Source of the DNA: a virus
Taxonomy: Duplodnaviria > Caudoviricetes
Virus record (IMG/VR): IMGVR_UViG_3300042301_000931
Coordinates: 1-60,979 of that record
Length of the DNA stretch: 60,979 bases
Direction: 5' to 3' (one strand)
Shown here: piece by piece, positions 7,653 through 16,783 of the stretch
How the letters are laid out: each line of letters starts with the position of its first letter
Position numbering within the stretch: the stretch's first letter is position 1
Program-made: the position numbers and the translations under genes
Notes under the pieces: model-generated
Database searches by the model: none
The model's input: only the letters and a program-made list of their open reading frames with translations
Told to the model about the DNA's origin: nothing

Positions 7653-8801
7653 ATGAGCACACTATCTGACCGCATCGATGTTGCATACAGCAAGCTCGGT
7701 CTGCGCGAATCATTCATTGCCGCCGTCATGACACGCGTCAAGCGCGAGGTCTCTGACAAGGTATCCACTGCCGGTACCAATGGCACATGGGTTCGCTTCA
7801 ACCCTGCGTTCTGTGATCCACTGACTGACGAGGAGTTGTTCGGTCTCGTGTTACACGAGGCTGTGCACGTTGTCATGATGCACATGTGGCGTCGCGATGG
7901 CCGTGACCCTAGCTTGTGGAACTACGCCAATGACGCACTCATCAACGCCTACATCCGTAGCCGTGGGTGGCAACTACCCAAGGGCGGCGTCAACTTGTCG
8001 TGGGTACGTGAGAGCATGTCCTCCGAGGAAGTCTATGCCAAGCTCAAGGAAAATCCTCCGCCCCCTATGGGTGGCTCGGGCTCCGGTGATGGCGAGGGCG
8101 AGGGCGATGGTCAGCCCAATGCAGGCGGGTTCGATGGCAAGGGTGATCTCGAGGATGCACAAGACGAGGCGACTCGTGTCGACATGGAAGCTACCATTGT
8201 TGCCGCCGCTAAGATGGCCAAGGAATGTGGTCAGGGTTCTACCCTCATCGATCGTGTCCTTGACAACGTAGGTCAACCCCATGTGCGTTGGCAAGACGTG
8301 ACTCGTTCCATGCTGACAGAATCATCTGCCGCTGACTACACGTACCTGCGTCCTTCACGTCGCTTCATTGGCTCTGGCTTGTACATGCCATCGCTTCGCA
8401 CTGACTCGCTCGGTGGCTTGGCTATTGGCTTTGACACGTCAGGCTCGATGGGCCCCAAGGAATGCAACCAGATTGCCGCTGAGATTCAGGCGATCGTTGA
8501 CGACTTGCAACCATCGTTCATCGAGGTTGTGTACTGCGACTACAGTGTGACCAAGGTCGAGCGCTTCGAGCGCGACGACATGCTTAAGCTACACCCCAAG
8601 GGTGGTGGCGGCACACGATTCCAACCAGTGTTCGAACACTTGGCTACAAGTGACGACCGCTACTGCGGCCTGATCTTTTTCACCGACATGGAGGGCAACT
8701 TGCAGGAATGCGAGGAACCAACCTTCCCTGTTATCTGGGCCGACATCGGCTATTCACACCCGACCGAACCATTCGGCACAAGGGTTACTGTTGCATTGTG
8801 A
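7653..8801 (+). CDS. HExxH metallopeptidase plus vWA domain protein (DUF2201-like)
   Basis: LHEAVH zincin motif, WNYAND, Gly-rich linker, MIDAS DTSGSM, GGGGTRF, IFFTD. Confidence 0.85.
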   Translation: MSTLSDRIDVAYSKLGLRESFIAAVMTRVKREVSDKVSTAGTNGTWVRFNPAFCDPLTDEELFGLVLHEAVHVVMMHMWRRDGRDPSLWNYANDALINAYIRSRGWQLPKGGVNLSWVRESMSSEEVYAKLKENPPPPMGGSGSGDGEGEGDGQPNAGGFDGKGDLEDAQDEATRVDMEATIVAAAKMAKECGQGSTLIDRVLDNVGQPHVRWQDVTRSMLTESSAADYTYLRPSRRFIGSGLYMPSLRTDSLGGLAIGFDTSGSMGPKECNQIAAEIQAIVDDLQPSFIEVVYCDYSVTKVERFERDDMLKLHPKGGGGTRFQPVFEHLATSDDRYCGLIFFTDMEGNLQECEEPTFPVIWADIGYSHPTEPFGTRVTVAL

Positions 8802-8808
8802 GAACTAT

Positions 8809-9090
8809 ATGAACGCGACTTTATCTAAAGACGTTATGTACCGACTGACCCGCATCGAGACCAAACTCGTGCGCGGGTTTGAGGAACTGGGCGTCAACAT
8901 CGACCAAGACCGTGAGTGGTTGTCCGTCGACGAAGAGAACCTCGTTGTGTACGTCTCAACACTGGGACGTTCTATGACTGTGGTACTCAGCGACATGGCA
9001 CGTGCCGGTGCCAAGAGCGTTGGGAAGTTCTACGACATCGTCAATCGCGGCGAGGTCGTGGGGTCAATTTGTTTCAAGCCAATCATATGA
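8809..9090 (+). CDS. Hypothetical protein
   Basis: ORF in the early operon. Confidence 0.7.
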   Translation: MNATLSKDVMYRLTRIETKLVRGFEELGVNIDQDREWLSVDEENLVVYVSTLGRSMTVVLSDMARAGAKSVGKFYDIVNRGEVVGSICFKPII

Positions 9091-9278
9091 GGACAACTAT
9101 CATGAATCAGCAAACTCCTGTCACGCACAAGGGCATCCCTGTACGCTCTGTGTGCTTCCCTCAGATTCCCGCCGACGATGACCGCTTCGTGTGGACTGCC
9201 GGTGCAGATGTGCAATCTGTGTGGCGTCGCTTCGGTTGGAAACCACTGGACGAGCTACAGAAGAAAGACGTGCAATGA
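9087..9278 (+). CDS. Hypothetical protein (start 9087 or 9102)
   Basis: ATGA overlaps at both ends; GAGG before 9102. Confidence 0.55.
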   Translation: MRTTIMNQQTPVTHKGIPVRSVCFPQIPADDDRFVWTAGADVQSVWRRFGWKPLDELQKKDVQ

Positions 9279-9520
9279 TTAAGTACGATGGCTATGACGA
9301 GGCCATCATTGGCCCTGCAAGCATCTGGCGAGACAGCACCATGGTATCTGTACTGGTGTATGACGCCGAGAAAATACGGGAGATACTTATGCGTGACGGC
9401 ATGACCGCCGAGGAAGCGCGTGAGTTTATTGAGTTCAACATTGAAGGTGGCTACTTGGGCGTTGAGACACCCGTGCTTGTGTGGCCTGACGATATTTGGG
9501 ATGAATCGGATGAAGAGTAA
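9275..9520 (+). CDS. Acidic hypothetical phage protein
   Basis: MIKYDGYDEAIIG...EEAREFIEFNIEGGYLG; ATGA overlap. Confidence 0.75.
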   Translation: MIKYDGYDEAIIGPASIWRDSTMVSVLVYDAEKIREILMRDGMTAEEAREFIEFNIEGGYLGVETPVLVWPDDIWDESDEE

Positions 9521-9722
9521 TTTTGTAAACAACCACTTGTCAATTGGTAGCGAGCAACCGGTGCACAAGTCTCGGTTGTGTAACAAGTGTGAAGAGCTGC
9601 GACTGCCAGAGGGCGGCGTACAAATGAATCCGTCACGTTGGATTTGTGCCTCGTGTTGGACTAACCGCGTGACTGGACGCAACCTTAAACAAGTTAAAAA
9701 GAAAGACGAGAAAAATGACTGA
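9501..9722 (+). CDS. Small Zn-finger protein
   Basis: CNKC...CASC; start uncertain (9501 or 9510). Confidence 0.6.
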   Translation: MNRMKSNFVNNHLSIGSEQPVHKSRLCNKCEELRLPEGGVQMNPSRWICASCWTNRVTGRNLKQVKKKDEKND

Positions 9723-9963
9723 ACGCGCAGACGATATGCAGGTTGGTGGCGCTCACTACAAGGACATGCCAATCCAACCATGGGCAGTGATGGAAGCTGT
9801 GATGACACCCGACGAGTTCCGTGGGTTCCTCAAGGGCAACATCATCAAGTACAGCATGCGTGCCGGACGTAAGGATGGTAGCGACGACGCAGGCAAAGCG
9901 ATGCACTACATTTACAAACTACGTGAGTTCAACGATGCGCAAGAGAAGCAAGTATCGGCCTAG
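9715..9963 (+). CDS. DUF3310 (SaV-like) protein
   Basis: QVGGAHY...GFLKGNIIKYSMRAGRK...DAGKA signature. Confidence 0.85.
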   Translation: MTERADDMQVGGAHYKDMPIQPWAVMEAVMTPDEFRGFLKGNIIKYSMRAGRKDGSDDAGKAMHYIYKLREFNDAQEKQVSA

Positions 9964-10408
9964 GTCAGTACTCGTCAACCCATTGGGCTACGTCCTCGAG
10001 AGTATTACTCCCGTGGCAAAACATGAACAGTACCTTGTGGAGCTTAAGATCAAGACCCACTTGGCAATGTCGACACTGACTAAAGGACTTGCGACACGCG
10101 GTGACATCGACACGTTGATTGCAACAGTAAACATAGTAGAAGCCCTGTATCGACTTGGCTTTGGTAGAGAGTATGCTGACGTTGTAAAAGGCGGGCTAGA
10201 CGCATTGCGTTCAGTAGGTAAACGTGGGGCTGAGAGCGGCAGGTTCATTCTCAAATCAGACGAGATGAATGCGCTTAACTTAGCGATGGAACTGCACGAT
10301 GCACAGATGGACATCATTACAGTTAAAGACATGGATAAAGCCATTGCACTTGTGAAGGAAGAGTTTCGTCAGCGCAAGATGAGACCTATCGTGGAGACAA
10401 AGAAATGA
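9935..10408 (+). CDS. Hypothetical protein
   Basis: MRKRSKYRP..., 157-aa helical ORF. Confidence 0.7.
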   Translation: MRKRSKYRPRSVLVNPLGYVLESITPVAKHEQYLVELKIKTHLAMSTLTKGLATRGDIDTLIATVNIVEALYRLGFGREYADVVKGGLDALRSVGKRGAESGRFILKSDEMNALNLAMELHDAQMDIITVKDMDKAIALVKEEFRQRKMRPIVETKK

Positions 10409-10632
10409 CAAGCGACGAAGTCTATAAACTGATAGAGGACAACGGACTGACTTTACACGGGGACATTGAACACTTTGCTGCACTTGTAACAGAACACTAC
10501 GCCAAGCAACTTGAAATACCCGCACCAATAGGGTACCTGTGTGAGAACGCAGTAGGGCATAGATACTTTAGGTGGAAGAAACCGTCTAGCATGTACAAAC
10601 CAATTCCACTCTACACAAGGGGGCAACCATGA
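10405..10632 (+). CDS. Hypothetical protein
   Basis: ATGA overlap; ends ...PIPLYT. Confidence 0.65.
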   Translation: MTSDEVYKLIEDNGLTLHGDIEHFAALVTEHYAKQLEIPAPIGYLCENAVGHRYFRWKKPSSMYKPIPLYTRGQP

Positions 10633-10829
10633 AGACGGACGAGGACTATGAGTTCGAACGCATTGAACGTGAAAACAGAATCAGAAGTAGTGGCATGGAA
10701 TGTTGCACCTACGACTGTATCCAAGGGCGCGACTGCCCGATCAGGAAACAACGTGTGGCCGTTTCCGCCGTTCCCAAACCCGAAGGACAAGGGCAACCGA
10801 GTTCCGAAGTTCAACCCCGAAAACTATGA
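10629..10829 (+). CDS. Small Cys-containing hypothetical protein
   Basis: ATGA overlap, AGGGG RBS; CCTYDCIQGRDCP. Confidence 0.55.
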   Translation: MKTDEDYEFERIERENRIRSSGMECCTYDCIQGRDCPIRKQRVAVSAVPKPEGQGQPSSEVQPRKL

Positions 10830-10841
10830 GGACGCACCTGT

Positions 10842-11042
10842 ATGAACAGAGAAGAAATTACCCGCATGGCGCAAGAAGCTGGATTTGTTGGTATGGATGG
10901 TGAACATGGAGGACTTAGACGCTTTGCCGCCCTTGTCGCTTCTGCCGAGCGTGAGGCGTGTGCGAAGGTGTGTGAAGACAAGAGCACGTTATTGGCATGG
11001 CCTACATACGCACAAGCCATCCGAGCAAGGGGACAAGCATGA
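10842..11042 (+). CDS. Hypothetical protein
   Basis: RFAALVASAEREACAKVCE...AIRARG motif common in proteobacterial phages. Confidence 0.75.
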   Translation: MNREEITRMAQEAGFVGMDGEHGGLRRFAALVASAEREACAKVCEDKSTLLAWPTYAQAIRARGQA

Positions 11043-11281
11043 ATGACGTATTTCTAGCCCTACTAGGGCCGGTGCTAATTATTGTTGGTGTCGTTGTCGC
11101 TGGCGTCATTGACCATTTCCGCACTGATTGCAAGCATGAGTACGGCGACTGGTGTTCATACCCAGATGAGCATGCCTATGTGCAACAGAAGCAATGCAAG
11201 AAGTGCCAATTCACTTACACATATCAAGAAAGGAAGATCGGACATGAACAACATCAACATAACAATGTACACAAAGGCTAA
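11039..11281 (+). CDS. Membrane-anchored Cys/His protein
   Basis: N-terminal hydrophobic helix; CKH...CKKC. Confidence 0.6.
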   Translation: MNDVFLALLGPVLIIVGVVVAGVIDHFRTDCKHEYGDWCSYPDEHAYVQQKQCKKCQFTYTYQERKIGHEQHQHNNVHKG

Positions 11282-11495
11282 CTGCCCCAACTGTGAAACT
11301 GCCAAGATGGTACTAAGCAAACTTGGTTTGAAGTACACAGACGTTGACGTCGAACTCGGCGACCGCTTGAAGAACTTGCTGAGGGAGTTTCCCGACGCAC
11401 GTCAGATGCCGCAGATATTTTTCAACGACCAACGTGTAGGTGGCTTGGCAGGACTGCAAGCCGCACTCAAACAAATCGGCAGTGTACCTCTATGA
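11244..11495 (+). CDS. Glutaredoxin
   Basis: YTKANCPNC active site; MPQIF and VGG motifs. Confidence 0.85.
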   Translation: MNNINITMYTKANCPNCETAKMVLSKLGLKYTDVDVELGDRLKNLLREFPDARQMPQIFFNDQRVGGLAGLQAALKQIGSVPL

Positions 11496-11659
11496 TCCTC
11501 GTAGACACTGAAGTAGAACGCAGACGCTGTGCGGCCATTGTCCGACGTGCGATCGTACGCAACAAAGACAACATCATGCACGTGCAAATACTCAAGCGTG
11601 TGCTTGAGAAGATCGTTAACCCAAGGGAACCTAAGAAAGAAAACAATGTCACTACTTAA
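11492..11659 (+). CDS. Small basic hypothetical protein (55 aa)
   Basis: ATGA overlap; MILVDTEVERRRCAAIVRRAIVRNK... Confidence 0.55.
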   Translation: MILVDTEVERRRCAAIVRRAIVRNKDNIMHVQILKRVLEKIVNPREPKKENNVTT

Positions 11660-11990
11660 CTCATTATTCGGTAGCTCCGGTCAAGCTAATAACAACATCG
11701 CTGCGAACACAGGGGCGGTTACAGGGTCGGTTTTAACATCCAACATGCTTGGCCAGAGCCAGCTCACTACGAGCCAAGCACAGTGGAACGCAGCGCAAGG
11801 AGTTATTGCAGGTAGCTCGTACCCATATACGATGTCGGCGTATCGTGCGCTTCACTTAGTAGTTAAACAAGTTGAAAACGGTTACACTGTGGAGATCGGC
11901 GGGTCGGTGCACATTGCAAGCGACCTCAAAGAAATTACTGACTTGTTAACTAACAGAGTAGCCGCGACGCTACTCGAATGGAATGAATAA
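11646..11990 (+). CDS. Hypothetical protein
   Basis: ORF whose stop overlaps the polymerase start. Confidence 0.65.
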   Translation: MSLLNSLFGSSGQANNNIAANTGAVTGSVLTSNMLGQSQLTTSQAQWNAAQGVIAGSSYPYTMSAYRALHLVVKQVENGYTVEIGGSVHIASDLKEITDLLTNRVAATLLEWNE

Positions 11991-13825
11991 TGGACATACT
12001 CACTGTTGATATTGAGACGTACTACGATGCACAATTCAGTTTGTCAAAGATGCAGACTGATGCGTACATCATGGACGATCGATTCGAATTCATTGGCGTG
12101 TGCGTTGCACGCAACGCTGAGCCGCCTGTGTGGTTCTCTGGCCCTGAATCTGTAATCATGGCGTGGATGCACGCTAACTACGACTGGGCTAACTCTGCCG
12201 TGCGATGCCACAACACATTGTTTGACGGGTACGCGCTGACGCAACGACTAGGGATACGACCGCGGTTATGGATGGACACACTCTCCCAAGCCCGCATGCT
12301 CTACCCTCACTTAGTCTCTCACTCACTTGCTAACTTAACCAAATTCTTCGGGTTCCCTGACAAGGGCACTGAAGTTATTAAAGCAATGGGCAAACGCCGT
12401 AATGACTTTAATCCCATGGAATTAGAGGCGTACGCAGATTACTGCAAGCATGACACGTGGCTGTGCCGTGCGATCGGTGAGAAGATGGATGCGTTCACAC
12501 CTACACTAGAAACTCGCCTGATCGACATGACTGTGCGGATGTTCACTGAGCCCATGCTTGTGGGTGATGTAGCCATGATGGAACAGTTGTACAAAGACGA
12601 GGTGACTCGCAAGGACATGCTGATGCGCTCACTGGTTGTTGGCAAGGACACGCTGATGTCGAACGACAAGTTTGCTGAACAGCTTGAGATGCTTGGTGTA
12701 CCCGCGCCCAAAAAGATCAGTGCTACAACCGGTAAGGAAACGTTTGCGTTCGCTAAGAGTGACAAGAACTTCACCGACTTGCTCGACCATGAGAACCCAC
12801 AGGTGCAGACGCTCGTCGCCGCACGCCTTGGTGTGAAGACAACCATCGCTGAGACCCGTGCGCTCAAGTTCGTGGACACTGCAAAGCGTGGCCCACTGCC
12901 GGTGTATCTCAACTTCTGGGGCGCTAAGACCACTGGCCGGTACTCAGGCGGCAACAGTATCAACTGGCAGAACATCCCCGCTCGTGGCCCGTCCGCGGGT
13001 CTGCGTAATGCGTTGCTTGCTCCCGAGGGACACACTGTGCTCGTCGGTGACTCGTCGAACATTGAGCTTCGCACTGTGATGGCTTTGGCCGGACAGGATG
13101 ACGTGGTGGAGAAGTTGGCCAAGGGTGTTGACTTGTACTGTGACTTTGCGTCCAAGCTGTTTGGTCGTGACATTACCAAGGCTGACAAGGCTGAACGTTT
13201 CCTAGGCAAGACTGCGATGTTGGGCCTGCAATACGGTGCCGGTGCTCAGCGATTCCAAGAGATGGTTCGCATTGCGTCGCGCACTGACCCGTCAGTTCAG
13301 CCGATCGGTCTTGATCGTGCGTATGATATTGTGAATCTGTACCGCTCAGTGCACCATAAGGTCGTCGATCTGTGGGGTCGTTGTCAGCAAGTCATTCTGC
13401 CGGACATCGCCAATGGTTGCACCATGATGAACGTGGACGTCAATGGTTGGTTTATTACGCAGAAGGATGGCTTTGGCCGACCCGGTGAGCCCGGTGTCAT
13501 GTACCACGACCTGAAGTGGGACGGCAAAGAGTGGACATACCTGATGGGAAAACAACGTGTTCGCATCTTCGGCCCGAAAGTTGTAGAAAATTTGTCGCAA
13601 CATGCTGCAATGCGGATCGTTATGTGGCAAACTGCACGTATTAACCAACGGTATCCCGTGAAGCTGTCAGTCCATGACGAAGCAGTGTGCGTGGTACCAA
13701 ATGAAGAACTTACTGAAGCTCGTGCCTATATGGAAGAGTGCCTAGCTTTGACGCCCAAGTGGTGTCGGAGCATTCCCGTATCTTGTGAGACGGGTGTTGG
13801 CCCGTCATATGGTGCGGCGAAATAG
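11990..13825 (+). CDS. DNA polymerase family A with 3'-5' exonuclease
   Basis: Exo motifs DIET, HNTLFD, YCKHD; TGRYS; motif A DSSNIELR; motif B RFLGKTAMLGLQYG; motif C VHDE. Confidence 0.92.
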   Translation: MDILTVDIETYYDAQFSLSKMQTDAYIMDDRFEFIGVCVARNAEPPVWFSGPESVIMAWMHANYDWANSAVRCHNTLFDGYALTQRLGIRPRLWMDTLSQARMLYPHLVSHSLANLTKFFGFPDKGTEVIKAMGKRRNDFNPMELEAYADYCKHDTWLCRAIGEKMDAFTPTLETRLIDMTVRMFTEPMLVGDVAMMEQLYKDEVTRKDMLMRSLVVGKDTLMSNDKFAEQLEMLGVPAPKKISATTGKETFAFAKSDKNFTDLLDHENPQVQTLVAARLGVKTTIAETRALKFVDTAKRGPLPVYLNFWGAKTTGRYSGGNSINWQNIPARGPSAGLRNALLAPEGHTVLVGDSSNIELRTVMALAGQDDVVEKLAKGVDLYCDFASKLFGRDITKADKAERFLGKTAMLGLQYGAGAQRFQEMVRIASRTDPSVQPIGLDRAYDIVNLYRSVHHKVVDLWGRCQQVILPDIANGCTMMNVDVNGWFITQKDGFGRPGEPGVMYHDLKWDGKEWTYLMGKQRVRIFGPKVVENLSQHAAMRIVMWQTARINQRYPVKLSVHDEAVCVVPNEELTEARAYMEECLALTPKWCRSIPVSCETGVGPSYGAAK

Positions 13826-13832
13826 GAAACTT

Positions 13833-14525
13833 ATGACCCAACCAATGCCGCTGTCTTTTAGTCGTCTGTCAACATTTGAAACATGCGAGGCTCAGTTCGA
13901 TTACCTGTACGTGTCCAAGCGCGTGCTCAACACATCGAACGAGGCATCCGAGTACGGAGACCGTGTTCACAAGTTGCTAGAAGCTAAAGGCCGTGGTGTG
14001 CTAGACCTCGACTCGTTGTCCGCTGAAGGACGCAAAACGCTAGAGCAGTGGGGCAGTGTTGTCGACGTCATCATGAAACGACCGGGCGAGAAATTGTTCG
14101 AGCACCAGATGGCTGTCAATGCTGACCTCAAGCCTGTTGACTGGTTTGCTAAGGATGTGTGGATCAGATCAATTGCTGACGTGCTTGTTGTGGACGGTGA
14201 CACTGCGTACTGCCTTGACTACAAGACCGGCAAAGTGAAGGACAACCCAACACAGTTGCAGTTGTTCGCGGCCATGGTGTTCTGGCACTACCCTGAAGTG
14301 ACAAAGGTCAAGACGTCATTCATCTGGCTCAAGTTCAACGAGACGACAAACGCAACGTACGAACGCAGGTTCTTGGACTCAATGTGGCGGGCACTGAAGC
14401 CTCGGTTCACTAAGGTGCAAGACGTGATTGAGCTCGGTGTATTTAAAACTAAACCCTCGGGCTTGTGCCCATGGTGTGCGGCTAAGGACATCTGCCCTGA
14501 CGCACGACTGAAAGGTAAACGATGA
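13833..14525 (+). CDS. PD-(D/E)XK exonuclease (Cas4/RecB-like)
   Basis: SFSRL...C; G.RVH; IADVL...LDYKTGK; QLQLF; C-terminal CPWC...C. Confidence 0.85.
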   Translation: MTQPMPLSFSRLSTFETCEAQFDYLYVSKRVLNTSNEASEYGDRVHKLLEAKGRGVLDLDSLSAEGRKTLEQWGSVVDVIMKRPGEKLFEHQMAVNADLKPVDWFAKDVWIRSIADVLVVDGDTAYCLDYKTGKVKDNPTQLQLFAAMVFWHYPEVTKVKTSFIWLKFNETTNATYERRFLDSMWRALKPRFTKVQDVIELGVFKTKPSGLCPWCAAKDICPDARLKGKR

Positions 14526-14827
14526 AGAATGAAGGCGATGTTAAAAAGATTGTCAAGGATGTACTCAAAGCTACTGACAAGTGTTGGTGGTTTATGCCAT
14601 CTGCTAATGGCTTTGGTCGGTCTGGTGTGCCTGACTTTGTGGGCCACGTTGATGGTAATTTTTTTGCTATTGAGACCAAGTTCGGTAAAGGCACTACTAC
14701 AGCCCACCAGAACAAAGAGATCAGCGCGATACTACAAAGCGGAGGAAGAGTCTGGATCGTTCGTGAGACGTCCGTAGACGTGTGGGAAATGGAATTCAAA
14801 GCTTGGGTTGCACTGACATGCTTGTAA
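14522..14827 (+). CDS. VRR-NUC domain nuclease
   Basis: SGVPDF...AIETK...T.HQ. Confidence 0.85.
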   Translation: MKNEGDVKKIVKDVLKATDKCWWFMPSANGFGRSGVPDFVGHVDGNFFAIETKFGKGTTTAHQNKEISAILQSGGRVWIVRETSVDVWEMEFKAWVALTCL

Positions 14828-16368
14828 TACCTGATAAGCGCAAGATCATTATCAACAGCAATGAGAATGCCACTGTGCAGTCTCTGATGCCGCATGCCAA
14901 GACGTTCATGCATGGTGGTGAGTCCATGCTTGCTGTGCCGTATGGTGTCGATGAGTCCATCGTGCTGAAGAACTTGGGCTTTAGTGTTCCGGCTCCGATC
15001 ATGCACTACTACACATGGCCCGCACGGTTCGCGCCGATGGATCACCAGAAGGACACTGCGGCATTTCTCACAACACACAAGCGTGCCCTGTGCCTCAACG
15101 CACCGGGTACTGGTAAGTCTATTAGCTCTATCTGGGCGGCGGACTTCCTGCTTGACGAAGGTGTGGCCAAGAAGGTTCTCATCATTGCACCGTTGTCGAC
15201 GCTGACCGTTGTATGGGGCAGGGAGCTTAAGCACCACTTGCCGCACCGCACGTTTGTGATCGTCACTGGTACGAAGGAGAAGCGTAAGCAATTGCTAGAG
15301 AAGCCCGGTGTGCAGTACTTCATCATTAACCATGATGGCTTTAGTAACATGGCACCTGACCTCAAGGACTTCGACGTAGTAATTTACGACGAGGCTACAG
15401 CACTGAAGTCACCGAGCTCACAGCGCTACAAGATATTTGCTAAGTGGATGCAGACGCACAAGCCATGGCTGTGGATGCTCACTGGTACGCCGATCTCTCA
15501 GACGCCTGCGGACGCATGGACACTTGCACGCTTAGTGGATTCACCCACTTGCCCCAAGAGCTTCACGACGTTCAAAGACATGGTGATGCAGAAGGTGACG
15601 ACGTTTAAGTGGACACCGAGAAAAGATGCACTTGATACATGCAAGAAAGTTTTGCAACCATCGATTCGCTTTTCGCTTGACGAGTGCAAGGATTTGCCCG
15701 ACACTAACTTCGTTGGTCGCAAGACAGAGTTAACACCTCAACAACAAAAAGCGTTTAAGGAAATGAAAGACAAAGCCGTGACTGTGTTTGCGGCGGGTGA
15801 AGTGACTGCTGCGAATGCGGCAGTGGTGTTGAGTAAGATGTTGCAAATTAGCTGCGGTGTCGTGTACAGCGAGACCGGTAAGATTGCAATCGATGGCTCG
15901 TTGAGGTATAATACACTTACTGAATTGCTAAATGAGATTGGTGACAAGGTCATCATATTTGTTCCGCTTCGAGGCGTACAAGATGAGTTGCAAGCGAAGT
16001 TAACTGCTGATGGATTCGATGTTGCATCGGTTCACGGTGACGTTAGCAAAAACGATCGCAACCAAATCTTCAACGACTTTCAACACACGGACAAGCCACA
16101 GATTTTGTTGGCTCACCCAAAGGTTGCGGCACATGGATTGACTTTGACACGTGCGAAAGACATTGTTTGGTTTGCTCCGATTTATTCACTTGAGCAGTAT
16201 GAGCAAGCCAATGCAAGGATTCGCCGGTTGACAACAACTGGCAAGACGACTGTATGGCACATCTGGGCCACAGGCTTTGAAGCAGAGTTATACCGCCGAC
16301 TCCGCGCAAAGCAGAACACATTGGTGGAGTTTTTGAATTTGGTGCAAGGCATCAACAGTGACGATTAG
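14818..16368 (+). CDS. SNF2-like superfamily 2 helicase
   Basis: PGTGKS, IYDEAT, LTGTP, HGLTL, QANARIRR. Confidence 0.9.
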   Translation: MLVIPDKRKIIINSNENATVQSLMPHAKTFMHGGESMLAVPYGVDESIVLKNLGFSVPAPIMHYYTWPARFAPMDHQKDTAAFLTTHKRALCLNAPGTGKSISSIWAADFLLDEGVAKKVLIIAPLSTLTVVWGRELKHHLPHRTFVIVTGTKEKRKQLLEKPGVQYFIINHDGFSNMAPDLKDFDVVIYDEATALKSPSSQRYKIFAKWMQTHKPWLWMLTGTPISQTPADAWTLARLVDSPTCPKSFTTFKDMVMQKVTTFKWTPRKDALDTCKKVLQPSIRFSLDECKDLPDTNFVGRKTELTPQQQKAFKEMKDKAVTVFAAGEVTAANAAVVLSKMLQISCGVVYSETGKIAIDGSLRYNTLTELLNEIGDKVIIFVPLRGVQDELQAKLTADGFDVASVHGDVSKNDRNQIFNDFQHTDKPQILLAHPKVAAHGLTLTRAKDIVWFAPIYSLEQYEQANARIRRLTTTGKTTVWHIWATGFEAELYRRLRAKQNTLVEFLNLVQGINSDD

Positions 16369-16389
16369 TTAAACAGTTAGGACTTACTT

Positions 16390-16782
16390 ATGAACTACGA
16401 ATTAGCCGCAGAGAAATATCTGCAGGTACGAGGTGCTATTGACGCTCTTGAGCGTGAGCACAAAGCCAACAAGGCCAAGCTTATGGAAAAGCTTGTTGCC
16501 GTTGAGAACTGGATGACTGCCAAAGCGCAGGAAGACGGTCTCGAGTCAGTCAAGACAAATTCTGGTACGGCCTATTGGTCGACACACCATACCGCGACGG
16601 TTGCGTCGCGTGAAGAGTTCTTTGCGTATTGCAAGGAAAACGATTCGTGGGACATGGTAGAAGCCCGCGCATCGAAACTGGGAGTCAAGAGTTTCATTGA
16701 AGCCAACGGCGCTCCACCTCCCGGTGTCAACTTCTCATCTACTCGTGTATTTAATTTGCGTAAAGCGCAAGCAAAGGAATAA
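16390..16782 (+). CDS. Phage replication-module protein (coiled-coil N-terminus, PPPGV C-terminus)
   Basis: AGGA RBS; lies between the helicase and the SSB-like gene. Confidence 0.7.
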   Translation: MNYELAAEKYLQVRGAIDALEREHKANKAKLMEKLVAVENWMTAKAQEDGLESVKTNSGTAYWSTHHTATVASREEFFAYCKENDSWDMVEARASKLGVKSFIEANGAPPPGVNFSSTRVFNLRKAQAKE

Positions 16783-16783
16783 T

